Assembly (NCBI GenBank): GCA_019119555.1
Contig: DWWU01000034.1
Coordinates: forward strand, 11,032 to 75,031
Origin: Candidatus Fusicatenibacter intestinigallinarum
GTDB taxonomy: Bacteria; Bacillota; Clostridia; Lachnospirales; Lachnospiraceae
DNA length: 64,000 nucleotides
Direction: 5' to 3'
In this document: piece by piece, positions 10,208-19,518 of the stretch
How the letters are laid out: each line of letters opens with the position of its first letter
Numbering within the stretch: the first letter of the stretch is position 1
Position numbers and translations under genes: made by a program
The notes under the pieces: generated by a model
What the model was told of the DNA's origin: nothing
The model's input: only the letters and a program-made list of their open reading frames with translations
The model's database searches: none

Positions 10208-11815
10208 TCACCGCTTCAGAAAAATCGTCAGCAGCAGATAAACAGCCAGAAGGCCGGATACTATCAGAAACAGGAAGGAAATCCAGGGGATTCCCACAAT
10301 TTCAGGATGTATGTCGGTAAAGCTGAAAATCGCCGAGGTCAGAAGCATCGCTGCCGTCAGAAGGGCCAGCGTCAGCCGGTTGGCAATGGCATAGATACTT
10401 TTTCTCCACTGGCGCCCTTCATTTTCCTGAAGATTCACACGGACCTGACCGTTCTTTACAATGTTCAGAAGATCCGACAGCTGGGCGGGAATCTCCAGAG
10501 CCTTTTCGGAAGACATATAAATCAGCCGGGCATTATGCTTCAGTTCATGTTTCAGGTCGAATTCTTTCCATATGCTCTGGGACATATGCACCGACAGTAT
10601 CTGAATCAGGCTGACATTCGGAGAACAGACCTTCAGTGTTCCTTCCATCGTCATCATACTCCGGCACAGCATTGTGATATCCGCCGGAATTGAAATCTCG
10701 TGGGTCTTCAGCATGTCCAGCAGTTCCTCCAGCAGTTTCCCCAGGTTCATGCTTCCGAAATCCATGCTCAGATAACGGCGGACAATATCATCCAGATCTG
10801 TATACAGCTGCGCGTGGTTGACCGGGCTTCTCGGCGTTCCCAGCGCCAGAAATGTATTTTTCAGGGAATACATATCGTTCTGCAGAATAGCCATGATCGC
10901 GTTTTTCAGAATATGTTTCATCCCCTCCGAAAGCCGTCCGGTCATTCCGAAATCAAGCCATGCGATCTTTCCTCCGTCGATCCAGAGATTTCCCGGATGG
11001 GGATCCGCATGGAAAAAGCCGTCGTCCAGTATCTGCTTGCAGTAATTTTCCGCGGCTTTCTGTCCGATCTCCGTATTGTCATATCCCAGGGTACGCAGTT
11101 CCTCCAGCCGGTCAATCTGAATGCCCCCGATATAACTCATAGTCAGGACCTTCGACGTGGTGAATTCTTCATAGACTTTCGGGCTTGTAATATAGGCGAT
11201 GTCTTTCTGATTCTCAGCGAAAAGCTTCAGATTTTCCGCCTCTTTCTGAAAATCCATCTCTTCCTGCGTCGTCTTCCACATTTCCTCTATGATCGAGCGA
11301 AAATCCACAATATCCTTCGTGTGCATCGCAAGATTCAGAATGCCGGCGGCTTTCCGCATCAGCACAATGTCCTCTGACATGATTTCCCGGATGTTCGGGC
11401 GCTGGATTTTAACCACCACCTCTTCTCCGCTCAGCAGACGGCCCCGGTGTACCTGAGCGATGGACGCAGAGCCCAGCGGCGTTTCGTCCAGACAGGAAAA
11501 GACCTGGGAGACCGGAGCTCCTAACTCCTTCTCCAGCAGGTCTTTCATCTGATGAAACTCCACAGGCTTTACCTGTGTCCGAAGACTGGTCAGTTCTCTG
11601 CAGTACTCCTCCGGAAGCACATCCGAACGCATCGACATGATCTGCCCCAGCTTCACATAAGTCGGACCCAGATCCTCCAGAATCTCACGCAGTCTGACCG
11701 GCGTAAGGCCTTTGGAAATCTGATGCTTTCGCAGGACCTGCAGAATCTCACCGAGTCTGGAGCCGGCGCGTTCTTTATTTGTCTGTATCGTTTCCGGCTG
11801 TTTTGTCGTTTTCAT
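10208..11815 (-). CDS. AarF/UbiB (ABC1) family atypical kinase
   Basis: LGPTYVKLGQ, SASIAQVH, VVVKIQRP, FFHADPHPGN, LDFGM; two C-terminal TMs. Confidence 0.92.
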   Translation of the reverse strand: MKTTKQPETIQTNKERAGSRLGEILQVLRKHQISKGLTPVRLREILEDLGPTYVKLGQIMSMRSDVLPEEYCRELTSLRTQVKPVEFHQMKDLLEKELGAPVSQVFSCLDETPLGSASIAQVHRGRLLSGEEVVVKIQRPNIREIMSEDIVLMRKAAGILNLAMHTKDIVDFRSIIEEMWKTTQEEMDFQKEAENLKLFAENQKDIAYITSPKVYEEFTTSKVLTMSYIGGIQIDRLEELRTLGYDNTEIGQKAAENYCKQILDDGFFHADPHPGNLWIDGGKIAWLDFGMTGRLSEGMKHILKNAIMAILQNDMYSLKNTFLALGTPRSPVNHAQLYTDLDDIVRRYLSMDFGSMNLGKLLEELLDMLKTHEISIPADITMLCRSMMTMEGTLKVCSPNVSLIQILSVHMSQSIWKEFDLKHELKHNARLIYMSSEKALEIPAQLSDLLNIVKNGQVRVNLQENEGRQWRKSIYAIANRLTLALLTAAMLLTSAIFSFTDIHPEIVGIPWISFLFLIVSGLLAVYLLLTIFLKR

Positions 11816-12272
11816 CTGCTTCTCCTGTGTCAGTCTTCTGACCGTCGCTTTCTTCCTCCGACGCGCCGCAGCCTTCTTCAGTGCCGTCCTGACCGCAGGC
11901 TGTCTCAGCGGCAGCTGCGCCTTCCTGCGCGGCCTTCTGCGCTTCCTCCTCCGCTTTTTCCTGCGCCTCTTTTTCTGCTCTCTCCTCTGCCTTCCGGATC
12001 TCCTCCTTCAGAGCGGCAAGCTCTTCGGCGTTCATATGTTCCACGGCCGAAAACGCGTCCTTATATTCCCGTGTGACATTGACCGTCACATGATCCTTGA
12101 TTTTCTGCTTTGTATTTCGCTTCAGTTCCTCGTTCAGAACCTTGCCCTGTTCAACCGTCAGTTCCCCTTTAGTCACAAGATCATCAACGATTTCCTTCGC
12201 AGTCTCTGCAGTAGTCGCTACCGCTCCCACACCCGCCAGAAAAACTTTTTTCAATCCTTCTCCCAAATCCAT
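11775..12272 (-). CDS. Phasin-like / PHA-granule-associated family protein
   Basis: LKKVFLAGVGAVATTAE...LVTKGELTVEQGK; this family is typically upstream of ABC1 kinases; acidic low-complexity tail. Confidence 0.7.
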   Translation of the reverse strand: MDLGEGLKKVFLAGVGAVATTAETAKEIVDDLVTKGELTVEQGKVLNEELKRNTKQKIKDHVTVNVTREYKDAFSAVEHMNAEELAALKEEIRKAEERAEKEAQEKAEEEAQKAAQEGAAAAETACGQDGTEEGCGASEEESDGQKTDTGEADENDKTAGNDTDK

Positions 12273-12530
12273 AAAAACCATCCTTTCTGCCAGAAATAAA
12301 GCGATCGGATACCGATCCTTATTTCGCATTCACAGTTACGGTCCCGCCAGTCGGACGGTAACCGTCATAAACGATGTGACCCTTTGTCTTACAGATAGTA
12401 TAACTGAAATTCTCTGAAAAATATAGGGTTTTAAGAGAATCTTTATTATATTTTAATAACAGTTCATTCTGCAGAATCGTTTCGTTTTCCGGTATCTTCC
12501 GCCCGGACATGTACAAACGCCGGCGTTACT

Positions 12531-12582
12531 ATACTTTCATACGGTCTGTGCAGGGAATGTGCAGACCTGACGGAACGGTTGC
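12531..12582 (-). repeat. Partial copy of the dispersed repeat
   Basis: ATACTTTCATACGGTCTGTGCAGGGAATGTGCAGACCTGACGGAACGGTTGC matches the 3' part of copy B as read on the + strand. Confidence 0.75.
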
Positions 12583-12584
12583 TT

Positions 12585-13085
12585 TTATTCACTGTTCATA
12601 TACTCCTTCAGCTTCTTCATAGCTCTTGTGCATCTCACATTCAACGCATTATCTGTGCAGTCGAGATCCGGAAGTGCTTCTCTCGGAGAGATGCCGCAGA
12701 TTCTGCAAAGAACAAGCGTCCGCTCAACTTCCGAAAGACCCGCCACATACTCTTCAAACATCAGCCGGGTAATCACTCCCTCTTCTATTCTCCTGGTTGC
12801 GCGGCGGTATTCCGCCAGCTGTTGTCCACTGGCTTTCGTTGCTTCATAAGACTGTTTGATGAAATCCAGAAATCTGTGTTTGGCCACCGCATACAGCCAG
12901 CCGCGGATTCCTTCATCCTCATACTTTTCTACTTCATCCATTTCCAGATAAAAGGCGATCCAGACTTCCTGTGATAAATCGTCCGTCAGTGCTTCGTTCA
13001 CTTCCGTGATCTTCAACAGGCTTTTTGTCACAAACTCATTATATTTGTCGTAATAGATATCGAACCTGTCTTTCCTGCCTTTCAC
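12585..13085 (-). CDS. ECF-type sigma-70 factor-like protein
   Basis: Region 2 (DDLSQEVWIAFY...RGWLYAVAKHRFLDFIK) and region 4-like (LSEVERTL...NALNVRCTRAMKKLK). Confidence 0.7.
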   Translation of the reverse strand: MKGRKDRFDIYYDKYNEFVTKSLLKITEVNEALTDDLSQEVWIAFYLEMDEVEKYEDEGIRGWLYAVAKHRFLDFIKQSYEATKASGQQLAEYRRATRRIEEGVITRLMFEEYVAGLSEVERTLVLCRICGISPREALPDLDCTDNALNVRCTRAMKKLKEYMNSE

Positions 13086-13163
13086 TGTACTTCCTTCCCT
13101 TTCTCATTTGCCCGTAAACTCGAAAAGAGACAGACATAATTGCCCGAATCTTATGTCTGTCTC

Positions 13164-13484
13164 TTACTTTGCCGCATCTTTTATCATCACTGCTACAACA
13201 TGGAGAATACGTTCCTTTTCATTGTCATCCAGACTCTCCAGCATAGCTCCCAGCTGAGTCATCTGAATATCAAAGCGAACTTCCAGTTCCTCTCTGAGCA
13301 ATTCATCCGAAGAAACCTTCAGCACATTTGCAATCGCAATAAAATTCTCCAGCGTCGGATTCTTTACTCCACGTTCAATCGCACTGATATAGCTTGTGCT
13401 CAGCGAAACCATTTCCGCCAGTTCCTCCTGCTTCAAACCGCGGTTTTTGCGGAACTTGGCTATTTGCCGCCCCAACGACACCAT
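13164..13484 (-). CDS. XRE-family HTH transcriptional regulator
   Basis: LKQEELAEMVSLSTSYISAIERGVKNPTLENFIAIANVL. Confidence 0.92.
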   Translation of the reverse strand: MVSLGRQIAKFRKNRGLKQEELAEMVSLSTSYISAIERGVKNPTLENFIAIANVLKVSSDELLREELEVRFDIQMTQLGAMLESLDDNEKERILHVVAVMIKDAAK

Positions 13485-13729
13485 GGATTACTACCTCCTG
13501 CTGTATTAGTCTTATACAGTCAGTATAGGTGAAAAAATATAAAGTATACAGAATCCATCAGTATCATAGTCATACTATTCGTATGAGTCTGTCTGATTTT
13601 TTATAAAAGCGCAAAAATCAGACCTTATATTTCTTATTTTATTAGTATATTCTATTTTCCAGGCAAAATCAATTCTATCGCCGCAAATCTCAGGGTTTTT
13701 TATATTTGAAAATACTAAAAACGCAAAGA

Positions 13730-13763
13730 CAGCGGGCCGGGAGTTTTTGTTCCCGGCCCGCTG
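13730..13763. terminator. GC-rich hairpin ending the pilus/matrix operon
   Basis: CAGCGGGCCGGGA-loop-TCCCGGCCCGCTG 13-bp stem downstream of sipW. Confidence 0.7.
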
Positions 13764-13841
13764 CGCCTGCGCTTTTGCACCCGCACTCTCGAAAAAACAT
13801 CCGCGGTATAGTAAGGCTCCGGCGGATCTGTGCAGGACGAA

Positions 13842-14417
13842 TCAGGATCCGGCAGATCTGAGACGCCCCGCCGCCAGAATCATCAGGGCAGCAGCGAGCA
13901 CCGCACACCCGGCGGCGATCCGCCCCGGTACCGTCACCACTCTGCCGAGAACGGCCCCGAGATACGGAATATGCACGCGGACCCTTCCGATATACCGGTC
14001 ATACTCCACCGGCGCCAGATCCTCCTGTTCATTTGCGTCCCCTTTTGTAATAAACTGCCCGGACACAACCTGATTCTGCACCACCCGATGAGTAATCACT
14101 CCGCCGGTTTCCATGGTGCTGTAAAAGACGATCACGTCATCCTCCTCCACCTCCGCCGGCTCCGTCCGCTCAACGTAGACCAGACTTCCCGTAGGGATTG
14201 CAGGCTCCATGCTTCCGCTGATCACCTCATAGATCTCATAGCCCGCAAGACGAGGCAGTGTCAGCGGAATACAGCACAGGAGCACGGCAGCCAGGAGAAT
14301 TCCCCCGAACACATCAAGGGCAGCTGCCGCTGCCCTGTTTCTGTTTTTTGTGTTCTCTTTTCTTCGGTTCTCTTCCGTATTTTTCTTCGCTCTGTTAATC
14401 TTTTTTCCCTTCAGCAT
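13842..14417 (-). CDS. sipW: Signal peptidase I, SipW (ER-type, Ser-His)
   Basis: VISGSMEP, VITHRV, ITKGDAN..D; N- and C-terminal TMs. Confidence 0.88.
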   Translation of the reverse strand: MLKGKKINRAKKNTEENRRKENTKNRNRAAAAALDVFGGILLAAVLLCCIPLTLPRLAGYEIYEVISGSMEPAIPTGSLVYVERTEPAEVEEDDVIVFYSTMETGGVITHRVVQNQVVSGQFITKGDANEQEDLAPVEYDRYIGRVRVHIPYLGAVLGRVVTVPGRIAAGCAVLAAALMILAAGRLRSAGS

Positions 14418-15484
14418 TATTTATGCTTCCTGCCATTCTTCACCACAAGGAAAGCGATCGCAGCGATCCCTGCCGCTGCCACAATTGCAATAGCGATAAA
14501 CAGCGGCATATTGCCCGCCGGTCTCGCCGCACTCTCCTGTGTGGCGTCGAGATTGCCGAGAGGCGTCTCGTCTTCGTCAATATCGATCAGATCCTCCGGA
14601 GTTCCATCGTTTTCCGCAGTGCTGTCATCGGTTCCTGCATCCGCTCCTGTATCCTCATCGCCTGCCGGAGCGCCTGTATCTGTGCCGTCCGTTATGGCAG
14701 TGTCCGCATCCGTGTCGGCAGTTCCTGTTCCTGCCGTGCCGGTGGTTCCTGCTGTCGTACTTCCAGCTGATCCTTCCCCGGTTCCTGCTGTCGCATCTGT
14801 GGTTTCTGCGGTCCCGTCCGCCGTATTGTTCTGGCTGTTGTCACCTGTCTCCTGCTGTGCCTCCGGCTGCTGTACCGGGCTGTATACGAAGGTAAACACA
14901 TTGTCTGCCTCATTGCTCTGAAGCGTACCCGTCAGGTTATACGCCTGCGGCCGGTACCCTTCGATATACTGGAAAGCCACTACCGGGCGGTCCCCAACAA
15001 CACCGTAGAAAGTCTGGCCCGGCGCCAGAGTATTTCCCTGAGCATCCACATAATTTACCTGATAGGAAACCATATTGCCGCGGATTCCGTATGCAATCAC
15101 ATACTCCCGGTCCGATGTAACGGCAAAGGAAGGATTCCCGACCGTATTATTGTCGCGACCGCTCTCACGTATTCCCTTTACATAATATTTTGAGTCCTCG
15201 TTCAGAGCTACCATGCCCGACCGGACGTCCACTGTAACGCGGGCGCCGTACACAAGTCCTGTGATCTGTATCCGATTCCCGTCCGCATAGGCGATCTGCC
15301 CGCTTCCACTGACGGAAATTCCGTCCGTACCGGTAAAACTTCCCTGATTTCCGGCATAAAGGGTGACTGTATAAGTATAGCTCTCATCATTGCCTCCCAT
15401 GGCAGCGAATACTGTCGTGGAAGAGAGAAGAACTGCCATACATACTGCCGTCAGCAGCCGGCTCAATGCTCTTCCTGGCCTCAT
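14417..15484 (-). CDS. Surface protein with MucBP-like domain, T/G/D-rich stalk and C-terminal membrane anchor
   Basis: Signal peptide; YQVNYVDAQGNTLAP...IEGYRP...FTFVY; low-complexity linker; IDIDEDETPLG, then TM and basic tail. Confidence 0.7.
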   Translation of the reverse strand: MRPGRALSRLLTAVCMAVLLSSTTVFAAMGGNDESYTYTVTLYAGNQGSFTGTDGISVSGSGQIAYADGNRIQITGLVYGARVTVDVRSGMVALNEDSKYYVKGIRESGRDNNTVGNPSFAVTSDREYVIAYGIRGNMVSYQVNYVDAQGNTLAPGQTFYGVVGDRPVVAFQYIEGYRPQAYNLTGTLQSNEADNVFTFVYSPVQQPEAQQETGDNSQNNTADGTAETTDATAGTGEGSAGSTTAGTTGTAGTGTADTDADTAITDGTDTGAPAGDEDTGADAGTDDSTAENDGTPEDLIDIDEDETPLGNLDATQESAARPAGNMPLFIAIAIVAAAGIAAIAFLVVKNGRKHK

Positions 15485-15485
15485 C

Positions 15486-16295
15486 TTATCTCATCCTCCT
15501 TCTTCTATGACGTGTATCTCTTCCAGGCTCCTCTGCTTCTGCCTCCTGCATGTTCCGGCTCCGGATCCCAAACGCTGCAAGGATCAGGCACAGAATTCCT
15601 GCCGAAAGCGTCAGTATGGAAAACAGCATGATATTGCTTGTATCTCCCGTCTTCACTGCATGCCCCCGGACCGAAGTCCCGGTCTGTCCGCCGCCCTCGG
15701 CGTCTCCGCCTGCAGGCGCCGACGCCGGAAGCTCCACTGCGAAATTCATCTGCAGTCTTGCCAGCGTGTCCTGATACTCATTGCCCTGAGTTTCTCCCTC
15801 GAGATGCACACGAAGCGTAATCTCGCCGGATTCCCCTCCTGCGAGCGTATCCAGATAAAAATAATCTTCCAGGGAATCTGTCGCCTGATGAAGGCCCTCA
15901 CCGCTCTCATTGACGGTCTCACCGCCGACCTCTTCACTGCTGTAGAGAAGATCTGACTGCCCCTCGGGATCAATATATGTAAGGATATAGGAATAGGCTC
16001 CTCCCTCCGCAACACTCTGCGAATCCTCAAGACTCTGCAGAACCTGGTTCGTCATATACCAGTCTGTATCGCCGTCATAGTCATTGCGCAGGGACAGATG
16101 AATCTCTGCTGTGTCCCCCGGCTGCATCAGGTAGATCGCGTCTTCGATCTGTGCATTTGTGAAGGTACTGTCCATCTGCGTCCCGTCGAAAACAACGCCC
16201 CATCCATCGCCGCCGAAAAATGTCTCCGCGCAGACGCTCATCGGAACAGACATAGCCAGGAGCAGCGCAGCGAATGCTGTAAGTCTTTTTCTCAT
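15486..16295 (-). CDS. Cell-wall-anchored protein with TasA/CalY-like domain and VKTG sorting signal
   Basis: Signal peptide; MQPGDTAEIHLSLRN and GNEYQDTLARLQMNFAV resemble camelysin/TasA-type motifs; VKTGD, TM, RRRRMR. Confidence 0.6.
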   Translation of the reverse strand: MRKRLTAFAALLLAMSVPMSVCAETFFGGDGWGVVFDGTQMDSTFTNAQIEDAIYLMQPGDTAEIHLSLRNDYDGDTDWYMTNQVLQSLEDSQSVAEGGAYSYILTYIDPEGQSDLLYSSEEVGGETVNESGEGLHQATDSLEDYFYLDTLAGGESGEITLRVHLEGETQGNEYQDTLARLQMNFAVELPASAPAGGDAEGGGQTGTSVRGHAVKTGDTSNIMLFSILTLSAGILCLILAAFGIRSRNMQEAEAEEPGRDTRHRRRRMR

Positions 16296-16309
16296 CTATC
16301 TTCCCCTCC

Positions 16310-17098
16310 CTACTGTGCCAGACTCAGAGTTCCGTCGGATCCCACGTTTACGTCAACGCCCCAGGCACTCTTGACCGCATCCTGTGCATTGTGTGTCTGA
16401 ACCGCGTCCACCTCCGCCTCGAGATGAAACATTGCTCCATCATAATTAAATGTGGTTACGGTTCTCGTCACACCGTCTTCCACCGTAGTCTCCGTGGTCA
16501 CCTTGGAAGCGATGGAACGATCGATCCGCAGAGTGTCGGAAAGAGCTGCCGTCGTCTCGCCCACGGTCAGAATCCGGGGCCAGTAAAGTACGGTTCTCTC
16601 CTCCGTGGACGCATTCTCGTCCAGAATCCATCCGTTTCCGGTCAGGTTCAGGTCGATCAGATCCGGAGCCAGTCCCAGCTCTTTGCTTCCGTCCTCCCTG
16701 GTCCAGTAACGGTAAATGCGGACTCTCACATACTCATCAATATTTCCGCTGTTCTTTACTGCCAATTCTTCTCTGTAGTTTCTTCCGAGCTGCAGCTTAC
16801 CCCCCGTCTCATCCAGCATATTCTCAAGAAGCTCGCCCTGGGTCTCATCCCAGACGTCCCCGCTTCCCGTATAATCCCTGCTGCTGATGTCCTTCGTCCC
16901 CGACGCCGACGTCTCCACCAACGTCACGCCGATATCATACATAGCGTACTCCGTGGTATAGTTCTCACTGAAATAGGTGAGCGCCGCCCTGGAGCTTCCA
17001 ATTCCGCTGGCCGCCAGCAGAACCAGCGCCGCTGCCAGCAGAAAAGCGGTCACTTTTCTGCTCTGTGATCTGCCTGTTTTCTGCTCTGGTCGTCTCAT
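16310..17098 (-). CDS. SipW-dependent secreted protein (TasA/BsaA-like)
   Basis: Signal ending GSSRA-ALTYFS; LAVKNSGNIDEYVRV; C-terminal AEVDAVQ; no sorting signal. Confidence 0.7.
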   Translation of the reverse strand: MRRPEQKTGRSQSRKVTAFLLAAALVLLAASGIGSSRAALTYFSENYTTEYAMYDIGVTLVETSASGTKDISSRDYTGSGDVWDETQGELLENMLDETGGKLQLGRNYREELAVKNSGNIDEYVRVRIYRYWTREDGSKELGLAPDLIDLNLTGNGWILDENASTEERTVLYWPRILTVGETTAALSDTLRIDRSIASKVTTETTVEDGVTRTVTTFNYDGAMFHLEAEVDAVQTHNAQDAVKSAWGVDVNVGSDGTLSLAQ

Positions 17099-17640
17099 TG
17101 CGTCAACTCCTCCCCGTCAGCCGTTCCGATATCCGTCGTCGTGTCCACTTCTCTCTCCCAGTCCGCGTACGGCTCTCCCGATTCATGGTAGAGTACCGGG
17201 GTACATTCCTGCACCACTACGATATTAAAGGTATCCGTGTAATCCTCCGGCACGGTAATTGCTGCCAGCAGTTCGGAAGTAGATTCCCCCACAGGAAGAA
17301 TTTCCTCATAATACCAGTAACCGTCATCCGACTGTGACCAGCCTCCTCCATTGCTGAAACTGATCTCAAACTGACTGCCGCTGAATACCTTTACCCTCAC
17401 ATAACAGTCACTGTCGCCGGTATTGGATATGACGATGTGCTTTGTCATGTCGTTGACTTCCTCCTCAATCTCCGTCTCATAACCGAGGGTTACCGGATAA
17501 CCGCCAGCCGCCGTAACATAAGTGGTAAAGTACGCCATCGCCTGGCCGAGACCGGCAGTTCCCGTCAGGACAAGGGCAGCCGCCGCCAGACATAACGTCC
17601 TCTTTCTGATCCGTCTCTCTCTCATCTCCAGCCTCCTCAC
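17095..17640 (-). CDS. SipW-dependent secreted protein (BsaA-like)
   Basis: GQAMA-YFTT SipW-type cleavage motif; ISNTGDSDCYVRVKV; DGYWYYEEILPVGESTSELL. Confidence 0.72.
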   Translation of the reverse strand: MRRLEMRERRIRKRTLCLAAAALVLTGTAGLGQAMAYFTTYVTAAGGYPVTLGYETEIEEEVNDMTKHIVISNTGDSDCYVRVKVFSGSQFEISFSNGGGWSQSDDGYWYYEEILPVGESTSELLAAITVPEDYTDTFNIVVVQECTPVLYHESGEPYADWEREVDTTTDIGTADGEELTQ

Positions 17641-18641
17641 TCACTCTGCGCGGCGTTCCCGTCCGTCCGGTTCCACTGCCAGCCGCTGTTCTCGTCGTAT
17701 TGGAAATTATTGACTGCTCCGTATCCCGGTACAAGCTCGTTGTCATACGTATTTGAGAATTCCATCGAAAGTTCTTCATCCGCTGCAATCACGCCTGTCT
17801 GCGTCCCTTCGGACACCAGTTCATAGCTGGCTCCGCTGTAGACCTCTGTGACTGTGACATGAGTTCCCGCCGGGATCTGCTCCGCCACCGCGCTCTGGGT
17901 TCCCGCCGCGCTGTGGGTCGTCGCCAGCACATTGCTGTATACTGTCTCACCATGCTCATCCACCCCTTCGATCTGGAAGACGAATGTCACCGGGCCAAGG
18001 GCTGCATTATAGTTATCCAGCGTCTTCACTACGCGCAGGCTTCCGTATCTGGGCTCCTGCTCGTATTTGAGAACGGTTGTCTGGTCGTAGATCCAGTCCC
18101 CCTGAGATGTGGTTTCATTTCCTTCATACTCCGGCCCCGGAAGAAGTGCCACCGCCGGCTGGAAGGTATATTCGTAAAGAGCCGTTTCCGCTGTTTCGGA
18201 AAGAAGGATATACAGTCCGGTGCTGAGATCCTGCACAGTTCCCTCGCCGTCTGCCATCGTGATCACCGCATCTGCCTCTGATCCGGCGTCCTCCCCTTCC
18301 GCGGAAAGAATAATCTCCTGCGCTCCTGCCGCCACCGTATCCCAGTCCGCAGCAGCAGTCACTCCGTCAATCCCATCCTCCAGGGATTCAAAGCCTTCTG
18401 TCGCGGTATATTCTCCCTTCGCATCCACCGATGCGATCCGGTAAAGCCTTACCTCCCACCGGGTTCTCTCCAGATCTTCGATGTAGGAACCTTCCTCCCC
18501 GATGCTGACCGTCAGGGAGCACATTCTGTCGACCTCCACATCCCGCGCCGCATAAGCCGGCACGGCAGCCACCCCTGTCACCACTGCCGCCGCAGCCAGG
18601 AATCCGGCAAGATATTTCTTTCTTAGTTTCATTTTATTCAT
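17637..18641 (-). CDS. Secreted pilin-like protein (two Ig/prealbumin-like domains) lacking a sorting signal
   Basis: Signal peptide; ADGEGTVQDLSTGLYIL; WIYDQTTVLK pilin-motif-like; GSLRVVKT...IPAGTHVTVTE...FSNTY; no LPXTG or TM. Confidence 0.6.
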   Translation of the reverse strand: MNKMKLRKKYLAGFLAAAAVVTGVAAVPAYAARDVEVDRMCSLTVSIGEEGSYIEDLERTRWEVRLYRIASVDAKGEYTATEGFESLEDGIDGVTAAADWDTVAAGAQEIILSAEGEDAGSEADAVITMADGEGTVQDLSTGLYILLSETAETALYEYTFQPAVALLPGPEYEGNETTSQGDWIYDQTTVLKYEQEPRYGSLRVVKTLDNYNAALGPVTFVFQIEGVDEHGETVYSNVLATTHSAAGTQSAVAEQIPAGTHVTVTEVYSGASYELVSEGTQTGVIAADEELSMEFSNTYDNELVPGYGAVNNFQYDENSGWQWNRTDGNAAQSE

Positions 18642-19518
18642 CTCTCTTCCTCCCCGGGCGTTTCAAAATTTTCCTGCTTCTGATCAGTCTGATGATCACT
18701 GCCAACAGCAGAACCACCGCTATGGCAAGCAATGCGTACAACATATAATAATCTCTCAGTGACTTCAGCATACTGTCGTCTGCCTCTGTCTCATCGTCCT
18801 CCCCATGATACTCAACCTGGCGTCCCCGGATCAGGAGCCGGTGGCTGTTAATCCCGTAAGGCGTACAGGTGAAGAGTGTGACCAGGTCCTCCCCTTCCTC
18901 CTTCTGCATCAGGGATGTCAGCGTCTCCGTATCGTCCTTGTCGACCATGTCGCTGATATGATCCACCTGATAGGCAAGCACCTTGTCAAGGATATGGAGA
19001 TAGAACTTGTCCCCCTCCTCCAGCTGATCCAGATCGGTAAACAGCCGGGAGCTGGGCAGTCCTCTGTGTCCTGCAATTACACTGTGGGTTCCTTCTCCCC
19101 CGATGGGAAGTGCGGTCCCGTACATATGTCCCGCGCCGATCTGCAGCACCGGATCCGACGTCCCGTGATAGATCGGCATCCTGACGTCGATCTCCGGGAT
19201 TGAGAGATATCCCATAATTCCCGTACCGCCCAGGTTCAGCAGATTCCAGTACTCTGTATCACGCAGATTTTCCTCTTCCTGAGAAAATGCATCGTGGTTG
19301 AATGTGTTCTCCTGTATGGAGCGGTTATACTCCTCCGCAGCCTGCCATGCGGCTTCATAATCCTCCGCGTTCATGTCTCCGACCGCTTCCTGATAGGTCG
19401 CGATGGCACGGCTCTGATGGAGGCTGTTCCACTGGTCCGCAATCGTCGGATAAGCAAAGATTCCTGCACCCACAAGGAAAATCAGAACCAGAAAGATAGT
19501 CGAAAGATGTTTCTTCAT
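18634..19518 (-). CDS. srtC: Class C (pilus) sortase
   Basis: HSVIAGHRG, TLFTCTPYGINSHRLLIRG; N- and C-terminal TMs. Confidence 0.93.
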   Translation of the reverse strand: MKKHLSTIFLVLIFLVGAGIFAYPTIADQWNSLHQSRAIATYQEAVGDMNAEDYEAAWQAAEEYNRSIQENTFNHDAFSQEEENLRDTEYWNLLNLGGTGIMGYLSIPEIDVRMPIYHGTSDPVLQIGAGHMYGTALPIGGEGTHSVIAGHRGLPSSRLFTDLDQLEEGDKFYLHILDKVLAYQVDHISDMVDKDDTETLTSLMQKEEGEDLVTLFTCTPYGINSHRLLIRGRQVEYHGEDDETEADDSMLKSLRDYYMLYALLAIAVVLLLAVIIRLIRSRKILKRPGRKRDE

